This document shows, one piece after another, positions 14,571 to 27,150 of a stretch of 64,000 nt of DNA. The notes below the pieces were generated by a model. The model was given only the letters and a program-made list of their open reading frames with translations, ran no database searches and was not told the DNA's origin. The stretch lies in contig JBHGNT010000010.1 in NCBI GenBank assembly GCA_043228905.1, positions 21,390,001-21,454,000 of the forward strand, in the 5' to 3' direction. This stretch comes from Azolla caroliniana. Taxonomy: Eukaryota; Plantae; Polypodiophyta. Within the stretch, counting starts at the first letter, position 1, and each line of letters opens with the position of its first letter. A program made the translations under genes and the position numbers.

Positions 14571-14630
14571 GAGAGAGAGAGAGAGAGAGTGTGTGTGTGT
14601 GTATGTGTGTATGTGTGTATGTGTGTGTGT
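14571..14630. repeat. Compound (GA)n/(GT)n microsatellite
   Basis: gagagaga... followed by gtgtgtgtat repeats. Confidence 0.9.
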
Positions 14631-15014
14631 TGGAGGCATCCCCTTTTTAACGAGCTCCAACCTCATGTGAAACAGAGAGAGAGAGTTTGGGTCTCACTAG
14701 CAGATACCCATGTCCCTTACATGTTGGGTACACCAACTTCTCGTTGAAATTGATAACTCCATTGAATGGAATTCATCCATATTTAAAACGCCATTGTGAG
14801 TGGGGCAAACAAACCGCACATGTACTGATCACCCCCCACCTCTGACCAGCCATCTGTTCTTGCCAATTCTACCTGGGCTGAATATTCATTATGTCCAAAT
14901 GTCAAAAAATTTAGCGAGTTCCACCCAACACCCTTCATAATGTTTCATGGGGCAGAATAACTAGCATCATGTAGTCACATCATCAAATTCAATATGGTTT
15001 TCTCCCATCCTGAT

Positions 15015-15710
15015 CCTAAACCATGTTGATGAGGACAAGTTATGGCAATGCATTCTGTTAAGTGATCACCAACCATCTTTGCAAAAAAAAAATCAGATAT
15101 GATGCTAATAGCCATCCATTTGTTTCACAATATTCCTTTGAAGAATTTCTCCACCTGATAGAATCATGATTCTACAGCAAGGTATTTTGAAACGTATCTA
15201 TAATATTACCACATATCTTCATAGTATATTAGTATGAATCTGATACCAACTCATTTATACTTTGAACTATTTTGAAACTGGAAAACATTGATGATGATAT
15301 GGCATGGCATTATGTAAAGTGATAATCCATAGTCTTGGCAATAAAATCTCACATCTGAATCTAAAAACATCAACTCCTTCTGGAAACTAAACCACATCGA
15401 TGATGATATGGCAATGCATTTTATAAAGTGAAAATCCATAATCTTGGCAAAAAACTCATATTTGAACCTAATGCTCCTATTCATTTTGAAACTAAACCAC
15501 ATTGAAGATGATGTGACAAGGCATTATGTAAAATAAAAATCCATAGTTTTAGCAAAAAATCTCACATTTAAATCTACTTCTTGAATCCTTTTGGACGCTA
15601 AACCATATTAATGATGATGGGACATTGCATTGTTGAAACCATATACTTTCTCTGATCCGTGTTGAAACTAAACCATTTTGATGGTGATATGACAATGCAT
15701 TATGTAAATT
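15015..15710. repeat. Degenerate ~105-115-bp tandem array (5-6 units) in the putative 5'UTR intron of the syntaxin
   Basis: Recurrent gaaactaaaccacattgatgatgatatggcaatgcattatgtaaagtgaaaatccatagtcttggcaaaaaatctcacat at ~15017, 15275, 15383, 15488, 15597 and 15664. Confidence 0.8.
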
Positions 15711-18700
15711 GATTATTTACAATCTACAATCCTTCTTGATGGTCCATGCATGATATAGAAATGCATTAATTTGTACTGTATCGAAATTCAAAACGTAATA
15801 AAGTAAAGAAACGAGAAATCTACATATGAACATAATATGTACTGCATTTCAATTATCTCCTGCTCTCAGGATCGATTCTCAGATGCAGGTTATATACAGA
15901 ATATTCTGTGGATTTTGGCGAAAGGAAACATGGAAAAGAAACAATTAAACGCACCTGGGCAGAACAAGATCTGCGAAAGGAAAGGAATCGAACTCAGCGT
16001 GCAGATGAATGGCAACAGGCTCTCCCAAGGGCCAAATCCACGACCCTTTTTAACCAAAAATCCAAACAATAATAACAATACAGGAAGCTATGGGAAATTG
16101 ATCGAAATGCCCTTTTTCCTGTTTCTCATGAAATTCCCGAACTACCCTTCTCGTCCTTCTCGTGAAATTCACCCGCGAACTCCATTCCTTTAATTGATTG
16201 GGATGGAATCTGTAGATTTGTAAAACCAAGAGAACGAATCTTCCGGGTCCTCGTCTTTTTTTGGCTACAACATTCTCGAGAAATATCTGCCTCTCATTCG
16301 TATTCTCACGAGATTCCCAGAAACATGCACTCCATTCACCACCAATTCCTCTTGTGTTCGTTTTTTTCCCGAAGATGCCCCCCTACTGCTTTTTAAGTGA
16401 TCTGTATCATTCCTAGAATTATACATATGTATACCCCTGAGTAGTAGTAGGTCTTTCAATGACCCTCGTTTTTCAACAATTTCTTGAAATCCCCATTCCA
16501 TATCTTATATCCAATCACCTGGGGGCATTGGTTGTTGTTTATGGGAGGATTAATCAGTTCATGAGAGTTTACACTCCCCATTCAGTTTTTGATTGACATC
16601 GTATTGTATCATCATCCACGTTATAGCCCTGGATGGGTTCATAATCACATCATGCTATATATAGTACTTTGCGCGATGCCTCAACCTCAACATATTGCAA
16701 GTGTCGTGTGATGAACCGTACTATCTATATACACAACAACATAATCTCATAATGCAATGATGCCTCAACATGCCAACATTGTGTTCTCTCTCTTCTCTCT
16801 TGGATACATATGCTAGATAATATATGCATGTTACACATACATGTGGATGTGTGCAACATATACACCTTACCATTATCACTGGTTTATGTGAATGCATTTA
16901 CTATGGAGTTATCTTTGATATTCTTGATACCAATGAAAATAGGGATAGAGATATCCTTGGGCCCCACAGATTCAGTCATCACCAACCGTAAGTATCTCTC
17001 AACAATTGGAAAGAAGGACACGTAATATCCATAACAAATTTCGTCCCTTGCTCCCTCATATCTCTTTGTCCCCAAAAAAGCTAAAAAGATTATTCGATCC
17101 CATCAAATATCTCATCCTCATGTTCATGTAATACTGTTACCTTGCTCACCCATTGAACACAAATTAAGTGGTTGTACGATGTTATCAATATACAACTTTT
17201 CATTTCAACCAATATTCTTGGCATTATTGATTCACTACAATCATTCCTCTTTGTCATCATTATTTGTATCCTTTTTATAAATGTAGTTTTCCTTGTTTGA
17301 GAACATTAAATGTAGTTGTAGGCTTATCTTAACTTCTAAACAAGCAACATTTTCTATAATCAATCTAAAATTTAGATGGGGAGAATAATTTTATTTGTCG
17401 TTGATACGGTGCTACCTTTGGATTGTTAGCAAGATGATACACACACATATAATGTGTATGGCTTGGTTTTATCAACCCCCGTACATTTAATATATTCTGA
17501 AAACATGAAGTTGATATTAGTCTCATGGCCCATGGGATACATCTAGAATAAATGGTTCAAGTGGTCCAATGGGAGCGTTAAAATCCTTCTTGGTGATGAC
17601 CACTTAACCAAAACCATATCAAATGATATAGTCAAACTCACCTCAAATTCAATCGAAGTTCAAGGGAATTGGTCCATATTGATAGATTTCGATAAAAAGT
17701 TTAAATGAGGAGAAAGACATTTCGTTAGAATATGTGGTAACTCTACATACGTTTCCTCTTTTTAGTGTTTGTGTAAAGCTCGAGCAACGAATTAATAACC
17801 ATTGTTTTGTAAGTTCAAAGTGGACAAGTGCTTGATAAAATGTTAAACCAATTATCAATCACACATAAACTATTGCATGGAGGGGAGTGAGGGGTTCGAG
17901 TGTTCCGAAGGCCTAGATAAGAACACGACTTTGAGTGAAAGATGATGCGTGTTAGAAAAGAAGACAATAAATACATTGATGGAAACATTAAACAAGGCAT
18001 TGAGTGCATCATAGAATTTGATGCACCGTCTCTTATTTAACCGAAACTATAAAACAACATACATGAAAGAGTCCACTTCATATGCCAAAATACTATTGCA
18101 AAAAAGGAGATACTGGTTTATTTATTAGCATGAACCACAACATTAAATTAGAAATTAAGGTTCATATTTATGTTGCAATTGGCAAATCACAATTTTTAAC
18201 CGGTAGAACACACCCTCTCAATGGAGAATAACAAATTATTTGTTGTCAAATTTAGGATTTACAAAAGCTTTATAGAGGAGGATCCCCAAACCAATAAGTA
18301 GATTGGCTTGCTAAAAATTAATAAAGAAGAAAACATCGTATGGCTCTCTCTCATCGAGATAAAATATCCTCGTACTAATATCAACGAGAGAGAGAGAGAG
18401 AGAGAGAATTGGAAGGGAAAGCATGGAATGATCACATATCGACCATGCAAACTTCAAAAGGATTCTTCGAAATTTGGACTTTTTACAATGGAAAATGAGA
18501 AGTGGCTAAAAAATAGAGAGCGGGAAGAAACACAAACTTTTCAAATTTTACTACTTCCAATGGGCCCAAGTGAAGAACTATAAAAAAATAGGAAAGATGA
18601 ATACAATTCTCTCTCTCTATGATGAAGAACACCCTCTCTTCTCCATCCCTCTTGACCATTGAAACAAAAGAAAATCAATATAGACTTGGAATGATGTACT

Positions 18701-18930
18701 ACTAACTTATGTGGCATGAAACTCTAGATTTTATTTCCCCTTACAACTACCAAAATAGGAAAAGACTTTGGAAAAAACACAAAATGGAAAGGAACTAGGA
18801 AAGAAATGAATAGGGAGGGGGAACTATGTACATATCTCCCCTCTTTCGAACAAATGATGAAAGCAGAACAAATGGCTACTGATCGAAGAGTTGGTTAAAT
18901 ACTTCTCCTCATCTCAAGAATGAGTGAAAC

Positions 18931-19387
18931 TAACAATCGGCAACAGTTCGGTTTGAGAGGGTCAAAACCGAACTGGTTTGGAACTGAACTATTTAAATTT
19001 TTTGAAACCTGAACCGAACCGAACTACGAAACCGTAAAAACTGCAGTTTTGTGGTTCAGTTTCGGTTTTTAACCTAGGTCAAATTTTTAAATTTTAAATT
19101 TAGAATTGTTTAAATTAAAATTATTTTATTATTTTAAAATTTAAAATTTTTAAAGATGTTCCTAAAATGTGAGAATAAGGTCAGAGAAGATTGTTTAAAA
19201 ACAAATTTTTTAATTAAAGTTTTTAATTTATTTATAAAGCTAAAAAAAAAACCGTTAAACTGCAATTTCTAAGTGTTGAAACCGAACCGAACTGTTAAAA
19301 AAAGCCTGAACCTGAACGAACCGTTTAAACCGTTCAGTCGCTGTTACGCGGTTCGGTTCGGCTCAAACCGAGCGTTGCCCAATGTTA
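18931..19387. mobile_element. Non-autonomous hAT-type MITE (457 bp)
   Basis: Imperfect ~26-bp TIRs (taacaatcggcaacagttcggtttgag ... ctcaaaccgagcgttgcccaatgtta). Perfect 8-bp TSD AGTGAAAC at 18923-18930 and 19388-19395. Subterminal AACCG repeats surround an AT-rich core. Confidence 0.88.
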
Positions 19388-19450
19388 AGTGAAACCGAGG
19401 AATACTTCCTTTTGAGCTTACCCTAAGCTAACAATGAATGGGAGTCTTAT

Positions 19451-19490
19451 GTATGGTATGGTATGGTATGGTATGGTATGGTATGGTATG
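19451..19490. repeat. (TATGG)n microsatellite
   Basis: About 7 copies of gtatg/tatgg. Confidence 0.85.
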
Positions 19491-19729
19491 TATGTAGGTA
19501 TGCATTGCAATCATACATACATAAATACATGTCTCCTGGGTGAGATAGTTTCCTCTCTCTCTCTCTCTAGAAGTGAAACCTCTTTTTGTTCTTCCGCGTC
19601 GTGTAATTAATTAATTATCCCCAGAAGTCTCTCCACACACAAAAAATATATATAAATTTATATCTATATATATACATATGTATATATTTATATTTCCTCT
19701 CTCTACAAACCAAAAACCACATTAAAAAT

Positions 19730-19768
<39 letters not shown>

Positions 19769-19997
19769 AGAGGAAAGAAACAAATATTTTTACTTTTTTA
19801 AAAATGGATCAAAAACGAAGATCAGAAAAATCTCTGCTTCTGCTACTTCTTCTGCAACAGAAATTAGTTTCCTCCTCACACATCGCCTCCTTCAATTCTT
19901 CCCCTCCATTCTCCTCCTCTTCCTCATATCCTTTCCTTTGTTAATCTGCTTCATTCTTCTTTTCTCCCTTCCTAATCTGTTTCCTTCTCCACTTTCG

Positions 19998-20057
19998 TCG
20001 CCATCGCCATCGCCATCGCCATCGCCATCGCCATCGCCATCTCCATCTCCATCTCCA

Positions 20058-20089
<32 letters not shown>

Positions 20090-20095
20090 TTCGTC
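19998..20095. repeat. (TCGCCA)n-(TCTCCA)n-(TCT)n microsatellite in the putative 5'UTR of the TMEM128-like gene
   Basis: Direct reading. A (CT)n tract also lies at 19732-19764. Confidence 0.9.
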
Positions 20096-20167
20096 CTCTT
20101 CATTCTTCTCCGTTCCTCTTCCTCTTCTTCATCCTTTCCCCCCACTAATTCTGAAGCACTCACAGCC

Positions 20168-22479
20168 ATGTCTAGCTGCCTCTTGAAGACCAGATCGTCG
20201 AGGTACACTACCTTCTCTCAATACATCGAGGTTGAATCCCAGCAACAATTGATACAGAATAATGTGCTCCATCTTAATCCACCGAACTCTTCCTCTCCCT
20301 CTTCCAATATTCACTGCGTAACCAGTAAAAGCGTTGTTTCTGGTCCTAATAATTCTGTGAACTATCTCAACTCTCTTCCTTCTCTTTCCTTCTCTGCTTC
20401 ATGGAGAAAAAGGCTCGAAAATCTGCTATGGACTGCTTCTTCGGTTTTCATTATCTACTATGGAGATTTCCAAAGCAATTTGCTCACAATTCTCTCCTCA
20501 GATCCGCGAATTCGAAGGTCGAATCTTCACAAATTCTGCTCTTTTTTCTTTAATTGTTGCTCGTCCTGGTGGTAGTAAATCTCGTTGACATTACAGATCG
20601 ACATACCTTGCGTCACATGCTCATAACCTCACTTTATTAGCTTCTTCCATTCTCTGCTTCTCGTGAATATCTTGTTAGATTTTATGTTTTCTGTTCATAG
20701 AAATGGCAGACCAGAACTTAATTCCCATGGTTTGGCTTCTGATAATAGCTGACGCTTTGTCCAAATTGCCAATATCTTTGCTATAACAGAGCTAGTAGAT
20801 TATACCTTAGTTCACATACTTCTAAGGTCGTTTCATTAGCTTTTACACTTTCCACGAATTCCACTGCTTCTTGTGCCTTTTTTGCTACATTCTTTTATAA
20901 TCTTCCTGTAGAAATGGCAAACCATGCCATAATTCACAAGTTTATTATTTAGCTTCTTCATTTTCTACTGTTTCTTCTGCTTTTTCTTCAGTTGACCAAT
21001 TGGTATGGGTTTATGTGCAAATTTGTTGTATTAGGAATTAGTTTCTCTTCTGTGGAAGGATTTTTTTAAACGAATTACTTGTGGCATAATGCTAGTTCTG
21101 TTTGAAAAAAATAGAAGCATCTGGTATCTATCGTCCATTAGCTAATATGACATTATGTGTAAATTTGGCGTAGGAATAGCTAACATGTGATTCGTAGAAT
21201 CCGAATGTTTTTCATTTTACATGCTACTAATTGTGGTGCATGCAGCAGGAATCCCTGACATTTCTATGCTATTTCTGGCTGATAAAATGTAGCTGAACCA
21301 CTGTTAATAGTAGCTGACACAATCATAGCCTTCATTGTGGTGTAAAATTTTCATTCAGATTCTGTTCATATCAACGGTGTGCAGACTTATAATAAGTAAA
21401 CTGTATATGGAATAGTTTTCATATGTGCTGCTTGTGAAATGAATCATATCTTATTTCACATTAATCTCATGGTACTAAATCTGCTTGGCAAATGCAATAG
21501 ATCTGACAAAATTCTTTTTTTTTCAAGTACTGACATTATATATATCTCGCTATATGTCTATGATTCTCTACAGACTTTCTTTCAACTTAGGACTTGTCTG
21601 CCTCTTGCTTAACCTTGCAATCCTTCTGTACGTCGCTCTTCGCTTACGAACTGTGAAGAAAGCAGAAGAGCGGTTGGAATTTATAGCACCTGGTGCTGTC
21701 CCAGCTTTCACTTTGCTTGGATTGGCAGCTTATATATTGTAAGCATCACGATTCATGATTCTAATTCATTGTAAAAAATCAAGAACCATTCTTTCTGTTT
21801 TTCCTTCAAAATTTATACTTTACTTTTGAATGTACTCTCACCTGTATCTGTTTTTTTTTTCTGTGATGTTATACATATCTTCAAACTTACAGTATCTGAT
21901 GAATATACTGACTTTATCATTTATATATTTAACAGGTTTTCTCATGCCCTGTGGCCAATTTGGAAGATATTAACACTACCTATGCTAGTAAGTGTAGACC
22001 ATCTAATCTTATTGAGCAATGTATGATGTGTTATATGTTGGATGGAATGTGCTATGGTGGAAGTCAGTCGTTGCTAATGTATATTCGGCAAGTGTCTAAA
22101 TATCTATTGATAGAGATTCAGTTGCCTTGTGTATGAACTTAATTGTCGACATATTCCCCTTCTCTTATGTGGGCTGGGAATAATGCATAAGAAAAATTTG
22201 CATCATGTATGTAGATAGAATAGGTCCATGGTGGTTGGTTGTAACTTGTCACCCTTATGTGAGGTGCATATCTTTCCTGCAAATTTGTCGCATGTTATGA
22301 TGTTGACCACTGACCATGATAAAAATGATGATGATGGTTTCCTTATGGGTTTCCCTTCGATTTTGCAGTTCACCCTCTTCATGGCAGTGGTGGTGGTGGC
22401 TCCTTGTATTGTTCCTTATGTGAACATGAGGTTGGACATGGATGCTTTGCGAGGTCTCTGCATCTGTTCAGCAGAGTGA
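20168..22479 (+). CDS. TMEM128-like membrane protein, 4 exons
   Basis: Exon 1 ...RLENLLWTASSVFIIYYGDFQSNLLTILSSDPRIR; exon 2 (~21574-21738) LSFNLGLVCLLLN...APGAVPAFTLLGLAAYIL|gtaag; exon 3 (~21936-21987) FSHALWPIWKILTLPML|gtaag; exon 4 (22369-22479) FTLFMAVVVVAP...*. The ALWPIW..LT.P...TLFM motif is typical of TMEM128. Confidence 0.82.
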
Positions 22480-23139
22480 CCCAGATTTTAACCCAGAAAA
22501 AAGTTTCTTTCTCCCTTCCTGATGTAATATATATGGGTTCTCCATCCTATCTTGCCATGGCCAAAAAAAGAAAGCCATGCACAAATCTTATTTGAGTCCT
22601 CCTTCTGTGTTTCTTTCCTTCTTTAGTGTAAAAACATCTTTGCTTAAATTAAGCGATGTGTAAACATGGTTAAGCAAACAAATATCTTGCTTCAAAAAGA
22701 GGTTCATTCCAGTGTGAACAGCTTGCTTGAAAGAAGCAACATATATGTAAAACATGGTTTTAAACCCAGCAAATATCTTGCTGCAAAAAGAGGCTGATTC
22801 TGCAAAACGTGGAGTTTTCTGCTTTAAATTGTTTTGTGCGTGTGTAACTAAAACCATGGTTGAAACACAAACAAAGTTAGTGGCTCAGAAGACGGTTTCT
22901 TCTGTTCTCAGACAAATTACTTGCAAAAGGTAATTGTTGATTGTTTGAACTTTGACTACATAATACACTGCAGGTTAGAGGTTAGCTCCATTTTTAAGTG
23001 TACATAGAGCAATTGCATTGAGATCCCCCCCCTGCCCCTTCTTTTTGACCTTCTGCTTTGTTTATTGATACGTGTGGACTCAATGGATCACTCATCATTA
23101 TCTTGCCATTGACTTTCCGACCGCATCCTTAATTTCACT

Positions 23140-23450
23140 TGGATGGGGTTTGTGTTGACTTTGCAAGCATGTCCTCAATTCAATCAGATCTAAATCTCTA
23201 TTGGAAATTGGTCTCATTTGATCGAATTTTCCTTTGTTCCGTGAATAAATAAGTAGTGAGGTGGAGCATGCTTATCCCTCGACGTGCGCATGTTTTCTTG
23301 GATTCGAATATATTTGATGGGGTTATGTTGACTTTGTAAACATGTCCTCAATTTACTCGATCTAAATCTCGATTGGAATTGGTCCCATTCAACTGAATTA
23401 TTTTTTTGTTTCATGGATTAATGTGTAGAGAGGTGGAGGCGGCTTATGCA
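23140..23450. repeat. Diverged ~175-bp tandem duplication
   Basis: gatggggtt.tgttgactttg.aa.catgtcctcaatt...gatctaaatctc.attgga..ttggtc.catt...gaggtggag occurs at ~23142 and ~23317. Confidence 0.8.
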
Positions 23451-24259
23451 TCCACGTTTTCTAGCATTAGTCCTTCACAGGTTTCTACTCTTTATTGTCC
23501 AATGTGTTTTTTTTTTCTGTGTCCTCTATGTATTTTGCCAAAGATTGCCTTGTGAATGCTAATGACAATTAAACATTGGGCTAACGCGTTTGGAAATGAC
23601 ACCTTAAAGCCGCTCAATAAGAAGTAACAGGACTTTGAAAGACCTTTATGACATGTTCGAAATTCTAGTCTCATGTACCATATCGATATGTTAAGTTCCG
23701 CATTTTTCTTGAAACCACAAAGAGTTTCATTGCTTTATTCCCCTCAAATCCTTCCAAAGTTTTGAAGACAAGAACTTGCGAAATCGATTAAACACGAAAG
23801 TTTTCATGGATTTAAAAACTTTAACATAAAGGCCACATGACCTTGTGATCGCTATTTAAGAATGTGAAAAAAAGTGGGGTATCATCCCACCTACCTATGT
23901 CATGTGTTGATGGTATTTGTCCTTGTTGAATTTAGACATTTCATTTATCTTATTGGTCACACGCTATTCGTTGTTGTGAATATACTTCCAATGGATTATG
24001 GAATATGATCAAAATTTGTAAATCTCTCCAAAACAAATGATCAAATTTGGGTTTGATTTCAAAAGTTAATAGTTGTACATTTATTTCTTGGAAGGATATG
24101 TCTACACAATCATCTTTGAAATGTAGAAATTCCACTCACAATTCAAATATGACACTAATTCTAGAACATCACATCTAGGCACAGGTCATAGTGTTGATTC
24201 ACGCGGTTGGAAAAGAGGGTGATAAGGGAAAGGAAATTTATTTTGTAAGACATTGATTA

Positions 24260-24359
24260 NNNNNNNNNNNNNNNNNNNNNNNNNNNNNNNNNNNNNNNNN
24301 NNNNNNNNNNNNNNNNNNNNNNNNNNNNNNNNNNNNNNNNNNNNNNNNNNNNNNNNNNN
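24260..24359. other. Assembly gap (100 N) next to a (GA)n tract
   Basis: A run of 100 N, a placeholder of unknown true size. Confidence 0.99.
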
Positions 24360-25683
24360 AAGAGAGAGAGAGAGCATTGGCAAGGTGCTCTTCCTATCTA
24401 TTAGCACTCCAACGTATTCCTCTACCTATGTAGTAGTGACTCTAAATTAGTTGTATTAACAATGTAGCAAGTATATTGCAATTATATTTAATATAATTGT
24501 GTGTTTCACACACACACACACAAAGCTTCAAATATTTGTAGTTCAATTGATAGTGAGGTTGTCCTTGTCGCATGTTTCCTTGTTAGAATGTTCTTGTCAT
24601 GCCTTTGGTAGTTAAGTTGTATGTGTGATGCCATTGGATCCCCACTCAAATTCAACACATGCATCTAGTAAGTCGTGCATAACCCCAAACATTTTGCAAT
24701 GTCAACTAGTAAGTGACACCTTAATGAGATATGCAGCCAAGTGAAGGGGTTCGTAAAAACAATCCCAAAATCTAAGTGTGAATATTGGTAAAACATGCAA
24801 TTCAGTTCAATTTCTCTTGCATGTTGAATCTTAAATATATTAAAAGAAGAGACATTATATTTTCGAATACTCTAAAAACTTACAGTCACGAACAGTTTCG
24901 AATCTAATTTTAGGATTGGACAACCATCAACCTCTTCGAGGCTTTCCAAAGTGTCTCATGACATGCGACAAGAAAACTAAAACTTGCAATGAAATTTTTT
25001 ATATACAAGCAAATTCTATTTAAGAAATTATGCACGAGAAAATAGGATATATATAATGTCTTTAGTAGTTTGGGTATTGTGGAAGGCTAGATCTAAATGT
25101 GTATTTCAAAAAGTTAAACAGAATGCGGTTGAGTTAGTCAAGGAGATATAATTAATGCACTTACATACTCTAAGAGGTCAATATGAAGCGATAACTGGTG
25201 AGCTTGAGGTTGTGATTCGTAAACAATAACAATTTCGAGAAATTTGGAAAAAAGTAGAGGTCTTCACCTCTTTTGGAGAGAGAATAAAGTGGAGATATGC
25301 TCCACAGGATGGCTTTTTCCGCCCCGTCTTGGAACAACCCTACATGAGGGCTTTTGATACTCGACATGCTGGTTGATGTGGATATGAGGGTTGTAATATA
25401 TTGTATGAATTCGTTGTAGCCTTTTGGCATCTTCCCATTAATACCAAGGTGAATCTTCTTTTCAAAAAAGAAGAAGGATATATATAACTAATCTAGATAT
25501 AACTATTTTATATGGTGTAGTTATGGACTATAGTCTAGAGATGGGACTTTAAAGTCCATTTCTAATGCTATTACTAATAAAATCATATTAGATTCTTTGA
25601 TTTTATAAGTATAACGCTAAGGTTATGAACATAATAATATTACTCAATGAATCCCTTAAGTTGGATCTTAGGATGATCAAGCA

Positions 25684-25913
25684 CTTTGATTGAGCAATGA
25701 CCATTGACCATGTTTTTTGTTTCTCTTGGAGTCAATATCAACATTTTGGTTGAGATATCTTTGTTGATCAAATGAAATGTTGATGTTGGGTCACATAAAA
25801 GATGGTCATTGCGCAAGCAAAAATGTTGATGTAGTAGCAAAGACATCTCAACAAAAAATGTTGATGTTGACTCTATGAGAAACAAAAACATGGTGGTTGC
25901 TCAATTAGAAAGT
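25684..25913 (+). other. Foldback inverted repeat (~75-bp arms, ~60-nt loop); candidate hairpin RNA or MITE
   Basis: Left arm attgagcaa...accatgttttttgtttctcttggagtcaatatcaacattttggttgagatatctttgttg pairs with right arm tagcaaagacatctcaacaaaaaatgttgatgttgactctatgagaaacaaaaacatggt..ttgctcaat. Confidence 0.75.
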
Positions 25914-26894
25914 TAATTGAGCTAGCTTAAAAGGTTTCCCGAGCATCAAAGACATCTCGATAATGGTATATCTCCTCACTCTTCGTAGCTTCACTTCAAT
26001 AGATGCATTATTTTAGCAATTATATTTTAAAATTATTCATCAATGTGACTTACCGTTTTTCGATTATGTACGTTAATATTTCTTCTCCCTCTGATGTGTA
26101 ATTTTAATTTCAAATAAAGTAACAATAATACTTTATGAATGTCAACCTCTGAGGCAATTGTTTTTGTCCTACAAGCAACAATGGGTCAAGCAAGCTTGAA
26201 AGTTAATTTGTCACACAAGAATTCATTATAAGGGGTGAAAGACTTAAGTTCTCATACCTTTCATGTTCAATTAACTAGTTCTTTAGTTCTTGATTTCAAA
26301 GGTTGGACCAAGTTCTTAAAAGAAATGGTCATCAATGTATCTTCTAGTAATATACTCATTATAAACTAAGAATGAAAAAATTCTAATCCTTGAAGTACAA
26401 CCATAAGTGCTAACTTGTAAGCTTCTTTCCATTTTCTACCCCTTGGGAACTATTAGTTGTATTGTGAGGGTCTTGTGATGCATGTGCGTGCGTGCGTGCT
26501 TGCTTGCTTATACGCATCTTTGCTTGAGAATCTTGTCTTCTCTTCCTTGGACTTAGTACTTATTCATTCCCATTCTCCCTTGACCTTGGTTCTGCCATTA
26601 TTATCATTATTGTATCTTCTTTGGTGAAATGAGATGAAAAGCCTTAGTAGTAACTATAACTTGGGGCTTATTTTGGTAACTTGGGAGAGACATATCCACA
26701 ATCAATTAAAGCTAGATTATATGCACAAAAATGTCCTCCTTTAAGACAAACAAGGGTGCTATGTGAGCGCCCTATTCTGGTTGATTGGTAACAACATAGA
26801 AACAAAGTCATTATGTTTGAAGGAGATCATGCAATAAAGCCATTGAGAATTAATATGAAAACATGCTATTTTTATTGGGAAAAAACATATGATC

Positions 26895-27150
26895 ATTTAG
26901 ATGTATGGATGATCTCATAGAACATAGGTAATGGATGTAATGTATATGGGTGGGGATTCGGGATTCGGGATGTCTTCATGGAAAGGTACATTGATGCCAA
27001 AAATGTAAAACACATAATGGTTTAGAATCTAGATGTAGGAATGATCTCATTGAGTATATACAATTATCTCATTGATGATAGGTAATGGATTCAATCTATA
27101 TGGGTGTGGAATCTGGATGTCTTCATTCAAAGATACATTGATGCCAAAAT
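26895..27150. repeat. Diverged ~135-150-bp tandem duplication
   Basis: tagatgta..atgatctcat...ataggtaatggat..aat.tatatgggtg.gga...ggatgtcttcat..aaag.tacattgatgccaaaa occurs twice. Confidence 0.75.

Noticed and set aside
19938-20208. SP-repeat and poly-K/MA ORFs
   Set aside because: They are translations of leader microsatellites.
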